Part shown: positions 1 through 13,555 of the stretch, one piece after another
Layout: the number at the start of each line of letters is the position of its first letter
Numbering within the stretch: the stretch's first letter is position 1
Assembly (NCBI RefSeq): GCF_006345805.1
Contig: NC_043001.1
Location: 55,242,001-55,306,000, forward strand
Direction: 5' to 3'
Length of the DNA: 64,000 nucleotides
From: Octopus sinensis
Taxonomy: Eukaryota
Translations under genes and position numbers: made by a program
The notes under the pieces: model-generated
The model's database searches: none
What the model was told of the DNA's origin: nothing
The model's input: the letters and a program-made list of their open reading frames with translations, nothing else

Positions 1-72
1 TATTCTTATATATATATTTATCTCTGTATATATATGTATATATGTACATATATGTGTGTGAGTGTGTGTTTG

Positions 73-111
<39 letters not shown>

Positions 112-220
112 ATGTATGTATATATGAGTGTGTGTGTGCATGTGTGTGTACACACATATATATGTATATACATATTCCATCTTTAATCTCCTTTCTGTTA
201 ACATCTCAAATGTAAGATTT

Positions 221-313
221 CTTCCCTGAAGATGGAAGCTTATATCATCTGACAATGGAATCAATTTACCATCAGTATTTTGGACCACCTAGCTCCCAGA
301 AACAGCTGTTGAA
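221..313 (+). ncRNA. Candidate type I hammerhead ribozyme (Penelope-associated) with elongated stem II
   Basis: Core CTGAAGA 226-232; stem II TGGAAGCT 233-240 pairs with AGCTCCCA 291-298 (1 mismatch); GAAAC 299-303, palindromic AGCT, then GTT cleavage triplet 308-310. Stem I is weak. Lies just upstream of a Penelope element. Confidence 0.65.
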
Positions 314-438
314 TTTGTCATACTCTTTTTCAACCCCTTTAATTCTTGATATCAATTCTATTCTATGCAAGCTGGACTTTTTTGTATGTTTACATATATA
401 CATTTTTTGTATGAAATTTAATATTCTTTGTATATTGA

Positions 439-3400
439 CTCTTTATTTAATCGTTGCTGTACTGAGGTATTCTGTGAACATTGATAAAAAGGGAAAATTA
501 GGAAGTTCGGTTTAAGGTTCCTAGCACATCTTTCTATGTGCTCACTGACACAAATCAAAAGATCCATCAAAGCCTCCAGACTAACCAAAACTTTCAAGAA
601 CCATTACCTACCAATCTACCTCCATCGCCTGACAGACAATGGAAAAATTTGCCTCCGAGACTTGACTTTCAACATGGATACTTCAAGAATTCAACTAGAC
701 ATAACCTAACTAAGCAACATAACTTCACCCTCTGTCTGATTTACAAAATTAGCAGTAAATTTAACCCAAACCACATCAACCATAGACAATATAACAACCC
801 TCATAATAACCACAATCTAGTCCACAACACAGTCACTCCACAACAAATATACTACCACAGATGCACTTTACACCCAATTATTCCACACCAAACTAAATAC
901 AAGACTTTCCACAACAATCCACCTACTACAACCATTTTTTAGACCTAAATCAGAGAAACAGAGATGTGAAATGGAACAAAATATACATGAACAACTGGAA
1001 ATATCAACTTATCAAAGAAAATCCCAAGTATTACACAAACAAAAATTCTAGCAAGCGGTTTGAAGTTCACACCAACCCCTTGCAGATTGAACCCAAATGA
1101 AATCAAGGATAACACTATGGATTTTTGCCGAAAATTGTGCCTCACAGAAGCACTTCACAACTACACCAGTGAAGATGACTCAATAGCAAAAAAACAAAAG
1201 CGAATATTGTCCTACAAAAGGCAGAAATAAAGCACTTGATGACTTTTGTGAAACATTACCAATTTCCCATTTAATACCCAACAAAAACAGTGAATTAAAT
1301 CCAACTTCAACACAAATGAATGGAAAAAGCTAATCAAGTTAAAAAATGATATAAGCCTGACCATTAAAGAAGCCGATAAAGGAAGTGTGGTAGTAGTGAT
1401 GGACACAAAGTACTATGAAAATTAAATACTCTCCATGCTGGAAAACAATATTTACTATGAGAAGATAGAGCGCTATAACCCACAGAAGACACTTAAAATC
1501 TTATCCTCCTTACTTCAAATACATGGAAAGGGCCTCATTAAAAAAAAAATGACTATTTATCAAATTTTAAATACAGACCAAGTCTATTCTATGGATTACC
1601 TAAAATACACAAATATCTACATATTTCTAAAGCTTGCAAAGATTCTCCAAGCCTATGCATTAATGTTCCTCCCACTACTGATCTCAAATTAACACCCATC
1701 TTGGCTGGTGGCCCTGCTTGTGAAACCCACCGTTTGAGCAATTTCCTCAACATCTAACTCAAACCATTTAAAAAATATGTGAAAAGCTTCATCAGGGATG
1801 ATTTAGACATGCTTAACTCCTGAAAACAATAAATGAAGGAACCCTGTTAGTATCATTCAATGTGGTGAACTTGTACACCAGTATTTCACATGATTATGGT
1901 ATAGAAGCAATCTCCTTCTGGCTAGAAAAATACCCAGAAGAGAACCCAGGACTCATCAACCACAACTTCATAATTGCAGCACTGAAATTTATCCTACAGA
2001 ACAACTATTTCATGTTCGATATAGTTTACTATCAACAAAAATGTAGAATTGGAATGGGAATTCGAGCTGCACCAGTGATTGCGAACCTTGTAATGGGTTA
2101 CCTAGAACTTAAAATATACCAATCATCACTACAAAACTATGGTACCTCATTTCATTGCTATTTAAAGAACTGGAAGAGATACTTAGATGATTGCTTTATA
2201 ATTTGGAACAATAGCATGGACAAAGTCCTTGATTTCAAAATAATGCTCAACAATATCAATAGCAACATACAATTCACCATGGAACACAGCAATAAAAAAA
2301 CTTCCTTTTCTTGACATCCTAATTAAAATAATCAATAACCACATCAAAATGGACAACTTCTATAAACCCATAGATTCAAAACAATACCTATTATTCAACT
2401 CATGCCACCCCAAACATATAAAAATTAATATACCTTATAAGCTAGTGAAAAGAATCTGTACCATAGTTTCAGATATCAATACTCATGAATGAAGACTCCT
2501 TGAACTTAAATCAACACTAATCAGGAGACATTACCCAACATCATTAATAAATGATGGGATTAAACGAGCAAAGGAAATAGACACAAACATTAAGGGAAGT
2601 TAACCAAAATATTACACCAGATTTAAAAATACTCCCATACATCTCCACACACAACCCTAGAAATGATGAGGCCTTAAACATCATCATCCAAAATCTACCC
2701 ATTCTCACTGGCGATAAAACAATGAACAAAATTTTAGGCTCACACAAAATTATCAAGAGCAAAATGCAACAGAAATCATTGAAAAAATATTAACCAGTGC
2801 AAGACTATATTCATTAACAACGAAACCAAAAGTGAAAAATGCATCCTGTGGCACATGCCCTCATCTTTTGGAGGGTACAGAGTTTCACTTCAAACAAGGT
2901 GAAATATTTAAGATAAAATCAAATTTCACCTGTGCTTCTGAAAACTTAATCTATGCTATTACCTGCTGAGGCCAAACAGAAATATCACTCTGACGAAGAA
3001 TAGCTCTTCACAAAGAACAAATCCGCCACCCACAATATAGACAGACAGAGGTCAGTGAGAACATAGAAAGATGTGCTAGGAACCTTAAACTGAACTTCCT
3101 AATTTTCCCTTTTTATCAATGTTCACAGAATACCTCAGTACAGCAAAATAAATAAAGAGGCAACTTTCATTAATAAATATCATCCACAACTCAACATGAA
3201 CACACAACTTAATACAGGACACTACTAGCCTTACCAATACCACCAATAATCTCATTAATATCCATATATCCCATACACCATTCATATTCCAGTATTTATA
3301 TCTACCTTAATTGCATCACTTCCAGAACTGCTTACCTTCCTTGCATGTAATCTTTTCACTTAGGTACCATTAGACCCAACACCGTTTGGAAATTGGTGTT

Positions 3401-3590
3401 CATTCAAAGCCAGTGATCAGCTCTGATGATACCGGTATGAATTTGATTCTCTATAATGATTCATAATAATAATTTTTATACTTGATAATTCCACCTCAAG
3501 TCATCTAATTGTATGTATATAACTTTGCTTTTCTTAAAAAAGCCTTTATTTTTTATATCTAATGTGCATTTTCTTTTTCTTTTTACTTTT
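439..3590 (+). mobile_element. Penelope-like retroelement (Neptune-type), decayed
   Basis: Frameshifted ORF with RT motifs (VNLYTSI, FILQNNYFMF, GMGIRAAPVIANLVMG, WKRYLDDCFIIW, NIQFTME), linker CGTCPHL...FKIKSNFTCASENLIYAITC and GIY-YIG C-terminus. 439-549 is an inverted copy of 3051-3159. The 3' boundary is approximate. Confidence 0.92.
960..3200 (+). pseudogene. Penelope RT + GIY-YIG endonuclease ORF, disrupted by stops and frameshifts
   Basis: Fragments in different frames: GLKFTPTP, IKEADKGSVVVVMD, FYGLPKIH-like, 1862-2314 RT core, LPFLDI, NLIYAITC. Confidence 0.88.
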
Positions 3591-3816
3591 CCCCTATATA
3601 TACACACACACATATATATACATATATATATATACACACACACATATATACATACACACACATATATATATATTTCTGTGTGAGTTAGAGGTTGAGAAAC
3701 CAACTAAGGTATAGTATCTTTCCAATTTATTACTAGCAGTGTATCCAATTATTCTTACCCAAGTGCTAGTTATTGCATGGCAAACTTGCAATTGAGTGTT
3801 ACACCCTTGATTTATA

Positions 3817-4044
3817 TGGCAAATAAGAAAGTGGAGAGGATGCAAAATCGACAGATATCAGCCGGTAAACATTCTAGTATGCCTATTTATTCCAGTGTAT
3901 TAGATGTATACGTACACATATATTACTCATTTCTGTACTACTAATACATGTATTCATCTAATGCATTGGAATAAATAGACATACTAGAATGTTTACCGGC
4001 TGATGTCTGTTGATTTTGTATCCTCTCGACTTTCTGATTTGCCC
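3817..4044. mobile_element. Fold-back MITE with ~95-bp inverted arms and TA flanks (Tc1/mariner-like)
   Basis: ggcaaataagaaagtggagaggatgcaaaatc...attagatgtatac is mirrored by gtattcatctaat...gattttgtatcctctcgactttctgatttgccc; TA on both sides. Confidence 0.8.
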
Positions 4045-4080
4045 TATATATATATATATGTGTGTATGTATATATATGTG

Positions 4081-4155
<75 letters not shown>

Positions 4156-4237
4156 ATACATGCATACATATACATACATATATATATATATATATTATAT
4201 ATATATATATATATATTTTTCTTGGTGAAGGCTGGTA

Positions 4238-5001
4238 CATAAAAGGATTAACTTTATTGTATATTGTCAGACCCCCAAGACCTGTTGGCCTATGACCTCA
4301 TTAAAATATGGAGGAGAAAGTTTGGATTGTCTCCCTTTGCTAATGGCTATCAACTTCTGACCGTACTGCCATCATTCAGCTTTGATGGTAAACAATAGGT
4401 GAATGTCTCTCCCTCCTGTTAGCTGCCAACTTCTGGCAGTTACCAAAAGGCTAGCATAAATCCCCAAAAATGCAAACATGGCCCCAAAATCTCCATTCTG
4501 GGGTTAAGTATGGTTGGAACCATGGATCCTCTATCAGAGTTCCAGAAAGGAGATATGCAACATCACTGGCCAGCCACGTTTGGCAACTAAAAGACAACGG
4601 AGTTCCACACTCAATCTCATGGAAAATTCTCGAAAACTCAGGCCCCTACATCAACAAGACGAAATGCTGCAAGCTATGCATAGCTGAATGCATGAGAATC
4701 CTAAGGGACTCACTCAAACCAAGGGCTATACTTAACACCAGAACAGAAGTTTTTGGGTCATGTTTGCATTTTAGGAGATTTCTGCTGGCCTTTTGGGAAT
4801 TGTCAAAAGTTGATAGCTAACGGGAGAGGGAGACAATCCCCTATTGCTCTCCATCACAGTCAAACGATGGCAGTATGGCTGGAAGCCGATAGCCATTGGC
4901 AAAGGAAGACAATCCAGACTTTTCCCTGCCATATTTTAAAGAGGTCATAGGCCAATAGATCTTGGGATCTAATGATATGCCATAAAGTTAAACCCTTTAT
5001 G
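4238..5001 (+). mobile_element. Second Penelope-like fragment (GIY-YIG C-terminus, possibly Naiad-like) inside a large inverted duplication
   Basis: ORF 4470-4820 contains TSLASHVWQLKD...ISWKIL...PY...CKLCIAE...LNTRTE...CLH. 4238-4511 is the reverse complement of 4728-5001 at roughly 80% identity by eye. Confidence 0.8.
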
Positions 5002-5214
5002 GATGGGAAACCCAAGGTAACCCCATAGACTGGGAAAAATATATACTGCTCTACTTCTTAGGGTGTGCTTCTCTGGATTTATGCGTTTCTAAAAACAATA
5101 TATCTATATGTATGTGTGTGTGCGTGTGTGTGTATGTGTGTGTGTATATATGTGTATGTGTTTATATATATATGTATATTTATGTATATATACATACATG
5201 TGTATGCGTATATA

Positions 5215-5251
<37 letters not shown>

Positions 5252-5382
5252 TTATATATTTATGTATATATATATATGTGTGTGTGTGTACGTAAACAGA
5301 TATATATATATATATATGTATATATATTTGGTAAACTCTCCCTATATATGAATATATTTTGTTAACTCTCCCTATATATGTA

Positions 5383-5421
<39 letters not shown>

Positions 5422-6460
5422 ATGCCTGAGCACATGCGCATGCACACACATATACATACTCGTGTAGAGATGATTATGGGTTCACACTGGTGTGAATTTC
5501 AATGAAGTGAAAAAAAAGTACTCAATACTGGTAAGTAAAGTGTAATAACATTTATTCAAAGCTGAGTCTGCATGAGTCAGAACTTGGAATCTCTTTTTCT
5601 TGCTCCTTAGGCAACTGAATATCTGAATACCCATACTTGGATTTCCTTTAAATACACATCAATTGGGTGGTTTTCATTGGATCAGCTGACACTTGGAGAC
5701 AACCTTGATGTGGTCTCTTACATACAAGTGGGCTGGTGGCAAAGAAGGATGAAACGTTAGGCAAGTGTCTAGATAAGTGCAAGAAAAAAAAAGGGAGGGA
5801 AGCAGAGCAAAAGAAAGGAGGAAGGGGAAGCAACTGATATAGTATGTAACAAGGAGGAGGAGAAGGAGAAAAGAGGAATGAGAGGAAAAATAAAAAGACC
5901 AGAATGAAGGAGAAAAAGAGCAAGAAAGCAGAGCAAGATGAAACAAATACAATAAAAAAAAATACAAAAGTTAAGAATAAAGAATATAAATATAAAGAAT
6001 AAAAAATAGATATATAAATAATAAATAACTGAAAAACAAGGAAGCAAGACAGTGGACAAAGCAGTTGATTCTATCAACCTCAGTACATTACTAGTATTCA
6101 ATTATTAAGGCTGAGTCTGACTTGTGATTACAATTTGAAATGTAAAGAGAAGCAAAGAACTAAATTCTACAAGGTACTTTGTATGCTACTGTGCTATTTT
6201 TACCAATGTATTCCTCCATCATAATGGTACTTATTTATTTCAACTCGGAGTGTCAACTCCAAGAAGATCTCAAATAGGAATGTGATGGGGCTGAACACAG
6301 TAATATAAAGTATATTGTCCATTACTTTATTAATTCTGCTCACATTTCCCACACTCAATCAATAGCTCATATAACTCATATTCTACTCAAGCACCACCCA
6401 ATGATATATTACAATCTACACAGCACACATAGTAATCGTGATTACCATTCTGTATTGGAT

Positions 6461-6676
6461 TGAAATTTTGGCACAAGGTCTACTAGTTTGGGAGAGGGGT
6501 AAGTCAATTACATTGACTTCCACACCCAATGCTCAACTGATACTCATTTTACTGATCCCGAAGGGATGAAAGGCGAAGTCGACCTCAGTGGAATTTCAAT
6601 GCAGAATGCAAAGATGAATGAAATGCCACTAAGCATTTTGCCCAGCATGCTAATGATCGTACCAGCTTGCTGCCTT
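6461..6676 (-). mobile_element. tRNA-derived SINE, family B (short tail)
   Basis: Reverse complement of ggcagcaagctgg...gaggtcgacttcgcctttcatccc...ccttgtgccaaaatttca; matches copies at 39484 and 46032. Confidence 0.8.
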
Positions 6677-7129
6677 TATCACCATCCAGTATTAAAACAT
6701 AGAACACCAATGTACAGAGCATATATGAAACACAATCACCATCTAATTAAATAACACAATACAAACATTTACATAATCAATACTCAACAATAACACGCAT
6801 TCTACATAGTTGCCACACAATAATAAAACACATTCTACATAGCACATAGCCTACACAATCACTAGCCAACATTAAAATATCACCAATCACAAACTACATA
6901 TGAAACACATACACATACCACCAAATAAAATAAGATATATTGCAAATATTATACACAACGAACAGACATAACAACCAAACCAAATCCTACAACAAAGCAA
7001 AACTGATGAAATATACTACCACAGTTCTATACTCTAGAAGAAAATGTTGCACAAAGTCCAATAACACCAACATGAAGCTGATAGTGCAGTTGAAATGCAC
7101 ATACAACAGTTAAAATTATTATGATGATC

Positions 7130-7310
7130 AAAATGTTTAGTAACATTTTTCCTCTGTCTTTATGTTCTGATTCCAAATTCTGTAGACATTGATTTTACCC
7201 TTCATCCTTTCAGGGTCAATAAAATAAGTCCCAGTTGAGCACTTGGGTTGATGTAATCGACTTACCCCCTCCCCCAAAGCTGCTGGCCTTGTGCCAAAAT
7301 TTCAAACCAA
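7130..7310 (+). mobile_element. SINE family B (short tail)
   Basis: ttcatcctttcagggtcaataaaataagt...ggccttgtgccaaaatttcaaacc. Confidence 0.75.
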
Positions 7311-7339
7311 AATTATTATCATCATGGTGATGATAAAAC

Positions 7340-7636
7340 TGCCATTCTGTTGGTTATGACGACACGAGTTCCAGTTGATCTGATCAACAGAACAGCCTGA
7401 TTGTGAAGTTAACATGCATGTAGCTGAGCACTTCACAGACAGATGTACCCTTAATGTAGTTCTGAGGGAGATTCAGCATGATACAGAATGTGACAAGGCT
7501 AGCCCTTTGAAATACAGTTACTAATAATCTTTGCCAGTTGAGCAGACTGAAGCAATGTGAAATAAAGTATTGCTGGGAATTAAACTCATGACCTTGCAGT
7601 TATGAGCCAAGTACTCTAACCACTAAGCTACATGCT
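7340..7636 (-). mobile_element. SINE family C (tRNA head + CORE-like)
   Basis: Reverse complement of the intact copy at 50741-51058. Confidence 0.8.
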
Positions 7637-7679
7637 TCTATGATGATGATGATGATAATAAGTATTACATTTAGGTACA

Positions 7680-8075
7680 AGAGTCTTGAGGAGACCTATT
7701 GAGTCAAGTACATCAACATCAAAATAAATATCAAATGGAAATTGTAGTTGTGATACCTGTGCCGGTGGCACATAAAAAGCACCATCCAAACATGGCCGAT
7801 GCCAGCACCACCTTGACTGGCTTCTGTGCTGGTGGCATGTAAAAAGCACCAACTGATCATGGCCACCGCCAGCTTCCCCTGGCATCTGTGCCGGCGGCAC
7901 ATAAAAAGCACCCACTACACTCATGGAGTGGTTGGCGTTAGGAAGGGCATCCAGCTGTAGAAACACTGCTAGATTGGACTGGAGCCTGGTGCAGCCTCCT
8001 GGCTTCCCAGACTCCGGTTGAACCGTCCAACCTGTGCTAGCACGGAAAACAGACGTTAAACGATGATGATGATAA
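7680..8075 (+). mobile_element. Family D retroposon (RTE-like 3' end) with (TGA)n tail
   Basis: ggttggcgttaggaagggcatccagctgtagaaac...gacgttaaacgatgatgatg; homologous copies at 22792, 29925, 48508 and 51762. Confidence 0.8.
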
Positions 8076-9073
8076 TGATAGTGATTTTGAGTTGTCTGTA
8101 AGAACTTGACTGGCACAATGACCCCAGAAGGATGAAAGGCAAAGGTGACCTTAGTAGGATTTGGACTCAGAATGTAATGATCCAGAATAAATACCACAAG
8201 GCAACATTTCAATGAGTCTCTCATTTCACCACTTAAAAACAATAGTAATAATGATAATAATCTAACAATCTAATGGGCAAAATTTTTGGACAGAGGCAAC
8301 AGTCAATTATAGCAATACCTGTACAAGACTGATATTTACTTTATCAACCCTGAAGGAGATAACAGGTAAAATAGTGGCCATAGAGGTGAAGAAGACAGTA
8401 CAGTAGTTGTTGCTGTTGTTGTTATTTTAGATAACAAAAAAAAAAAAGGGTGGAGGGGAAAATCTAAAAATGTATTTGCTAGGAAGAAACTATATGAAGT
8501 ACAATCGGCAATGAGTAATTGTGTGAAAACACAAAGTATAAATGTAACAACGGCTAAGAGTGGTAGTTAATAGAGAGCTATTGCCATAACAGCAGCAGAC
8601 AGGGAGGACTATACCATGGAATGGTAATGAAATAACTGTGAATGTAGCAGTTAGGAAACAGCAATCGGGAAGAAGAAAAGCAATGTAAAAAACAAAACAA
8701 AACATGCATGGAAATGTGTGGTAACACTAATAAACTAATCTGTGGAAATTTTTTTTGGGGTGGGGAAAACATATTTTACTTATTTTCAAAAAAAATTTTC
8801 TTTATTTCCTTCTAAATTTCTTTTATTTCTTATTTCATTTCAAATATATGGCAATTTTATATGGAAAATGCTGCAGGGATCCCAATGAACATCATCATAT
8901 ACATTATCAACATCACTATATTCTAATCATTAAATATCTGACAGATACATAGAGTTTATTGTGTGTATGTAATATATATATATATATATAAATACACACA
9001 CACTCATACAAGCATTATGCTTTTCTTTAGAGCCATGCCTGTACCTATGCATGTGTGTGTGTGTGTGTGTATA

Positions 9074-9281
9074 CAGTAATCCCTTGCCATATCACGGTTT
9101 ATTATTTAAGATTATGTCGATTCCTCCATGGTGTTGTTTTGTATTTATAATAAAATAAATATATACAAATTATAAAAATAATGACATAAATATACAGTAC
9201 AGTACTGTTTCTACATCGCGAATTTTCACCAATCATGGGAGGTTTTGGAAAGTAACACTTGCAATAGACGAGGGATTACTG
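9074..9281. mobile_element. pogo/Tigger-like MITE
   Basis: TIRs cagtaatcccttg / cgagggattactg with TA target duplication on both sides. Confidence 0.8.
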
Positions 9282-9639
9282 TATATATAAAAATACACAC
9301 ACACACAATGCAAATGCATTTATGGCTTATAAATGAAAGATTGGTTTACAGATGATGTATAGGTACAAGTAAAATTGTCTGGTGAAGAAGTTCGATTCCC
9401 AACCACCTGGTTGCAGGTTCAGTCCCATTGCACAGCAACTTTGGCAAAGTGTCATGCTTTACAGCCTTAGTTTGACCAAAGCTTTGTGAGTAAATTTTGC
9501 AGCTGAAACCGTAACCGTGGCCTATGCTAGTGCAGTATAACTGGCCCATTTAAGAGTACCCTTCAATCATTGGGCAATAACCTGTGCATGTGAAGACCTG
9601 TTGAGTCATGTGAAGTCTTGGTTTACTCATTTATTGGCC

Positions 9640-10750
9640 AAGTAGTGTTTGGGTCATATGGTAACTTATTAACTACTGTTTTTCTCTTTTTGCTGCTTTC
9701 ACAGATTCCCAAGATTTTTTGTCACCATCCAATTCCATTATTATAGATTTGAATTGGGAGTTTGAGTCATAGTGAATCTTCATTTGCTAGATACACAACC
9801 ATAGACGCCACCCCTATGGATGCATTGCAGTTACTCTCTTAATAGAACTTGGTGATCCTGACCATTGATCTTCTAGGATTCCTCCACTCAGCATCAAGGT
9901 AAGCACCACTCAGCTGAGCTCTTCTGATACCTCTCCACAATCCACCATGTTGCATTCCCATGTCTTTGCCGTATCCCTGGCATGGTGGCTGAACAGGTGT
10001 TATGCCTTGCCAAAGAGCAGCCCACAATGATGTAGAGCATGGTCATCACTTCATGATGTATTTTTAAATACCCACATACCAGCTGTTAATATGTTGGTAG
10101 TATGGTAATTTAATGATCTACAACAGTGTTTGTATAGATATGGTCACCTATTGACTATTGAGGGTGTGCGTAGGAGTGCATCTGTATGGCTATAGTGATT
10201 TCTTCATCATTAGGAGAGAGAGTTTAGCTATATTTACTTACTGACCACAGGGTGCGTATGTAACTATGGTTACTTCTTGACCACTAACAGTGTATGTGTA
10301 ACTATGGTGGACACACCATGGTCGAAAGTTTAAGAAGTTTGTTTTGCAATTATGAAGCTCTGGTTTAAGTGTCTTTTCTATAGACACAGGTCAGTTAAAA
10401 CATTGTGAGTGAAACCAAGTGAATGGACACTGAGCAGGAGTCAGTCAGTTGGATTGTTCAAAGGTTCAGCTTTCTCAAATATTATGTTACAATGGTTTTG
10501 ACCTGAGAATTACATTAAGGATACATGTGTGGCTGTTTTAATACTCAAACACTTACATGTTTATTCAATGTGTAAATACTTCTGTTGATTGAGCAACCAA
10601 CTGAATGCCTATCGTCCAAAATGATGGAGGTGGCATCATCACCACCATCATCATCATCACTGTTACCTATTGACAATATGTGTGTGTGTGTGGCTCTTTG
10701 TGGTGTAGCTATGGCTACTTATTGACCACTGACAGAGAAAACCTATGGTA
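9640..10750. repeat. Degenerate ~38-bp minisatellite interrupted by retroposon fragments
   Basis: Recurring unit like gtgtaactatggttacttattgaccactgacag at ~9655, 10080-10310 and 10660-10750. Confidence 0.55.
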
Positions 10751-11451
10751 TTATTGCAACAGCAGATAAGGTATATTGAACTTTCTGTGTCATGTTTCTG
10801 GTAAATGTATACATCCCACTCACACTCCTCCCCCTCTCTCTTTATCTATCTCTGTGACTATCTTTTGCTCTTCTTCCTTCTCTCTGTCTTTCTCTCTTCC
10901 TTTCTCATTTCCTACCTTCTTTCTTCATTCCTATGCTTTCTGCTGCTTGTTTCTTCCTTAAATGCCTCTCCTTCCACATTACGTTTTTGTCACTTCCTCT
11001 CGCTTTCTCTCTCTCTCTCTCTCGATACCTCGATCTCACCCCCTTCTTCACTCATTATCTGTCACTGCTCACTTCATTCCACATCTAATACACACATGTG
11101 CATGATTGAGCATATGTACACGTGTGTGTGTGAGAGAGAGAGGGGCATGCTTATTTCCTTTGAATATATGTTCATTCATCCTTCTTTCACACTATTTATT
11201 TTTTCTCTATGTTTCATACTCTTCCCAGATTAGAATGACGAAAGGACAGTAAAAACACACATACACACACACACACACGTGTTTTTCTCACACTTTCTCT
11301 CGATCTAGTCAACCTCCTTTTGTCTTTCCCTCCAGATTAGAGCATGAAGAATAAGTAAAGATACACACACAATGTACATATAAACTTGCTCTCCTTCCCC
11401 TATAAATACATACACACATATAAGTATATATGTATGTATATACATCTATAT

Positions 11452-11499
<48 letters not shown>

Positions 11500-11887
11500 A
11501 TATATACATATAAAGAATAACAAAGGAAAAATGAAAGAAATAGAATAGAATGTGAGTATTCAATGTATTAAGATGCAGTATTTCAATAGGTCTATCAATA
11601 ATTGGTCAAACAATATAACTGAAAAATCTACTACTTATTTCATTGACAGCTTAACAACTCTTAAGATGCTGGCAACAACAGCAGCAGCCATAGTAGTACT
11701 GGTAGTGGTGGTGATGGTAGCAGTAGCAGCCTCAATAGATGCAAACTGCAGTGGAAGTGGTTGCAGTAACTTAGAGAGCTGTTGTCAGTGGCAGCTTGGC
11801 TAGGGAAAAAAGAGCCCATGTCAACAAATTTGCTATAGTCAACATAGAACACACACATACATACCTTATATACATATATATATATAT

Positions 11888-11940
<53 letters not shown>

Positions 11941-12140
11941 TGTATGTATGAACATGTATATATATATAGATATATACATATATACATGTATGCATGTACA
12001 TGTATATATATATATATGTGTATATATACATTATATATATATATATATATATTATATATATGGACACACAAATGCATACCTACTTATATATATATATGTG
12101 TGTGTGTAGGTAAATATGTTTGTTTAAATATATGTGTATT

Positions 12141-12172
<32 letters not shown>

Positions 12173-13555
12173 CACACACACATAAATACATGTGTATATA
12201 CATATGTACACATGTATGTGCTTGTGAGTACATGTTTATGTAGATGCATATATGTGTGTAAGTATGCAAGTATATACATGTATGTATGCATATGCACACA
12301 TACAAAATTACAAAATTAGATGAACGGCTCTTGCTCTATTGATTATAGAAAAGGTTTTCAATCTTGAGTCGGAACAGAGCAAGAATTCCTCTCAAGAGGT
12401 CTAGCCAAGATCATGTGATCACAGGCAAGTAAAGAATCACCCATCCCTCACCTGCTAGATAATAAAGGACAGCTGTAAGATTCAGCCTATTCTTCTCATG
12501 CTTTGGCTTCTGGCTTTTCTTTTCCTTTTCCTATATATCATGCATTCTGCATTCTTTCATGGGAACCCATTTATTGTGTTCTTCGATCCACTAGGATCAA
12601 GATAACGGAAATTAGGCAATTTAGGATGATAGAAAATAATGTTGAAAATATAATATATATTTAGGATTAAGGGTTTGTTTCTAAATTCTAAACATATTTA
12701 AGATATTTAATGGGCATGTAGGTATGTATGTATGTATGTATGTACATAACACAGACTAGACCTCAGGTAAGTCTTACATTTACAATTCCATTATTGGCTT
12801 ATAATTGTAATTTTCTCATTAGCCATATCCATTCTGGTTTTGTAAAACCAGCTTCTAAAGATTAGTACTAGCGCAGTTAATTACATAAGCAAATATTTCA
12901 ATAATCACATCTACAAATCTTTAGTTCTACACTCAATGTCATATCTGCTGATTTCTCATTAGCTCACCATAGATATTTTTATTGTTTTTCTCTTTAACAT
13001 TATGTTAACATCCACTGGACAACTGGTTTCTACTGCTGTGTATAACTTCTTTTCCCTGTCTCTGTTGTGCTGTATTTGTATGACTATGTATGCGTGCAAG
13101 TGATTGGATATGTTATTGTTTAACTCTGTCTGGATTGATCATGCAGACTCAATGAAAGACCTTCCAGCCATGATCATTCTGTTTGTTTTTCTTTTCAGAT
13201 GTAATGTAGTATGGGCTACAATAAAGTAAGGTGCATTTGATGAATGGTTGCTATTTCTAGTAAAGACTGTGATGACAAAGATGGCTTATTATTGGTTTGT
13301 TTGTGCATGTATGTGTGTATACATGTGCTTATCTACACATATGTATATATGCTCATTTTTGATCTTAATTTTTCTCACCAATGGAAAAATTACTGATTTC
13401 TAGCCTAGAAACAAGACCCTTGGAATTTGGATAACATCAGACAGAAAAGCCTTGTGTGCACATACATGCATATATATATGTATGCATGCATGTAAACATG
13501 TGTACCTGTGTAAATGGGCACAGATATGAATAGTATTGCCAATATGAATCATATT

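Noticed and set aside
7628-8242. 204-aa minus-strand ORF
   Set aside because: It spans adjacent retroposon copies (families D and B); not a host gene.
9640-10750. CRISPR-like spaced repeats (also 26720-26865 and 52890-52968)
   Set aside because: These are degenerate tandem minisatellites in eukaryotic DNA, with no unique equal-length spacers or cas genes.
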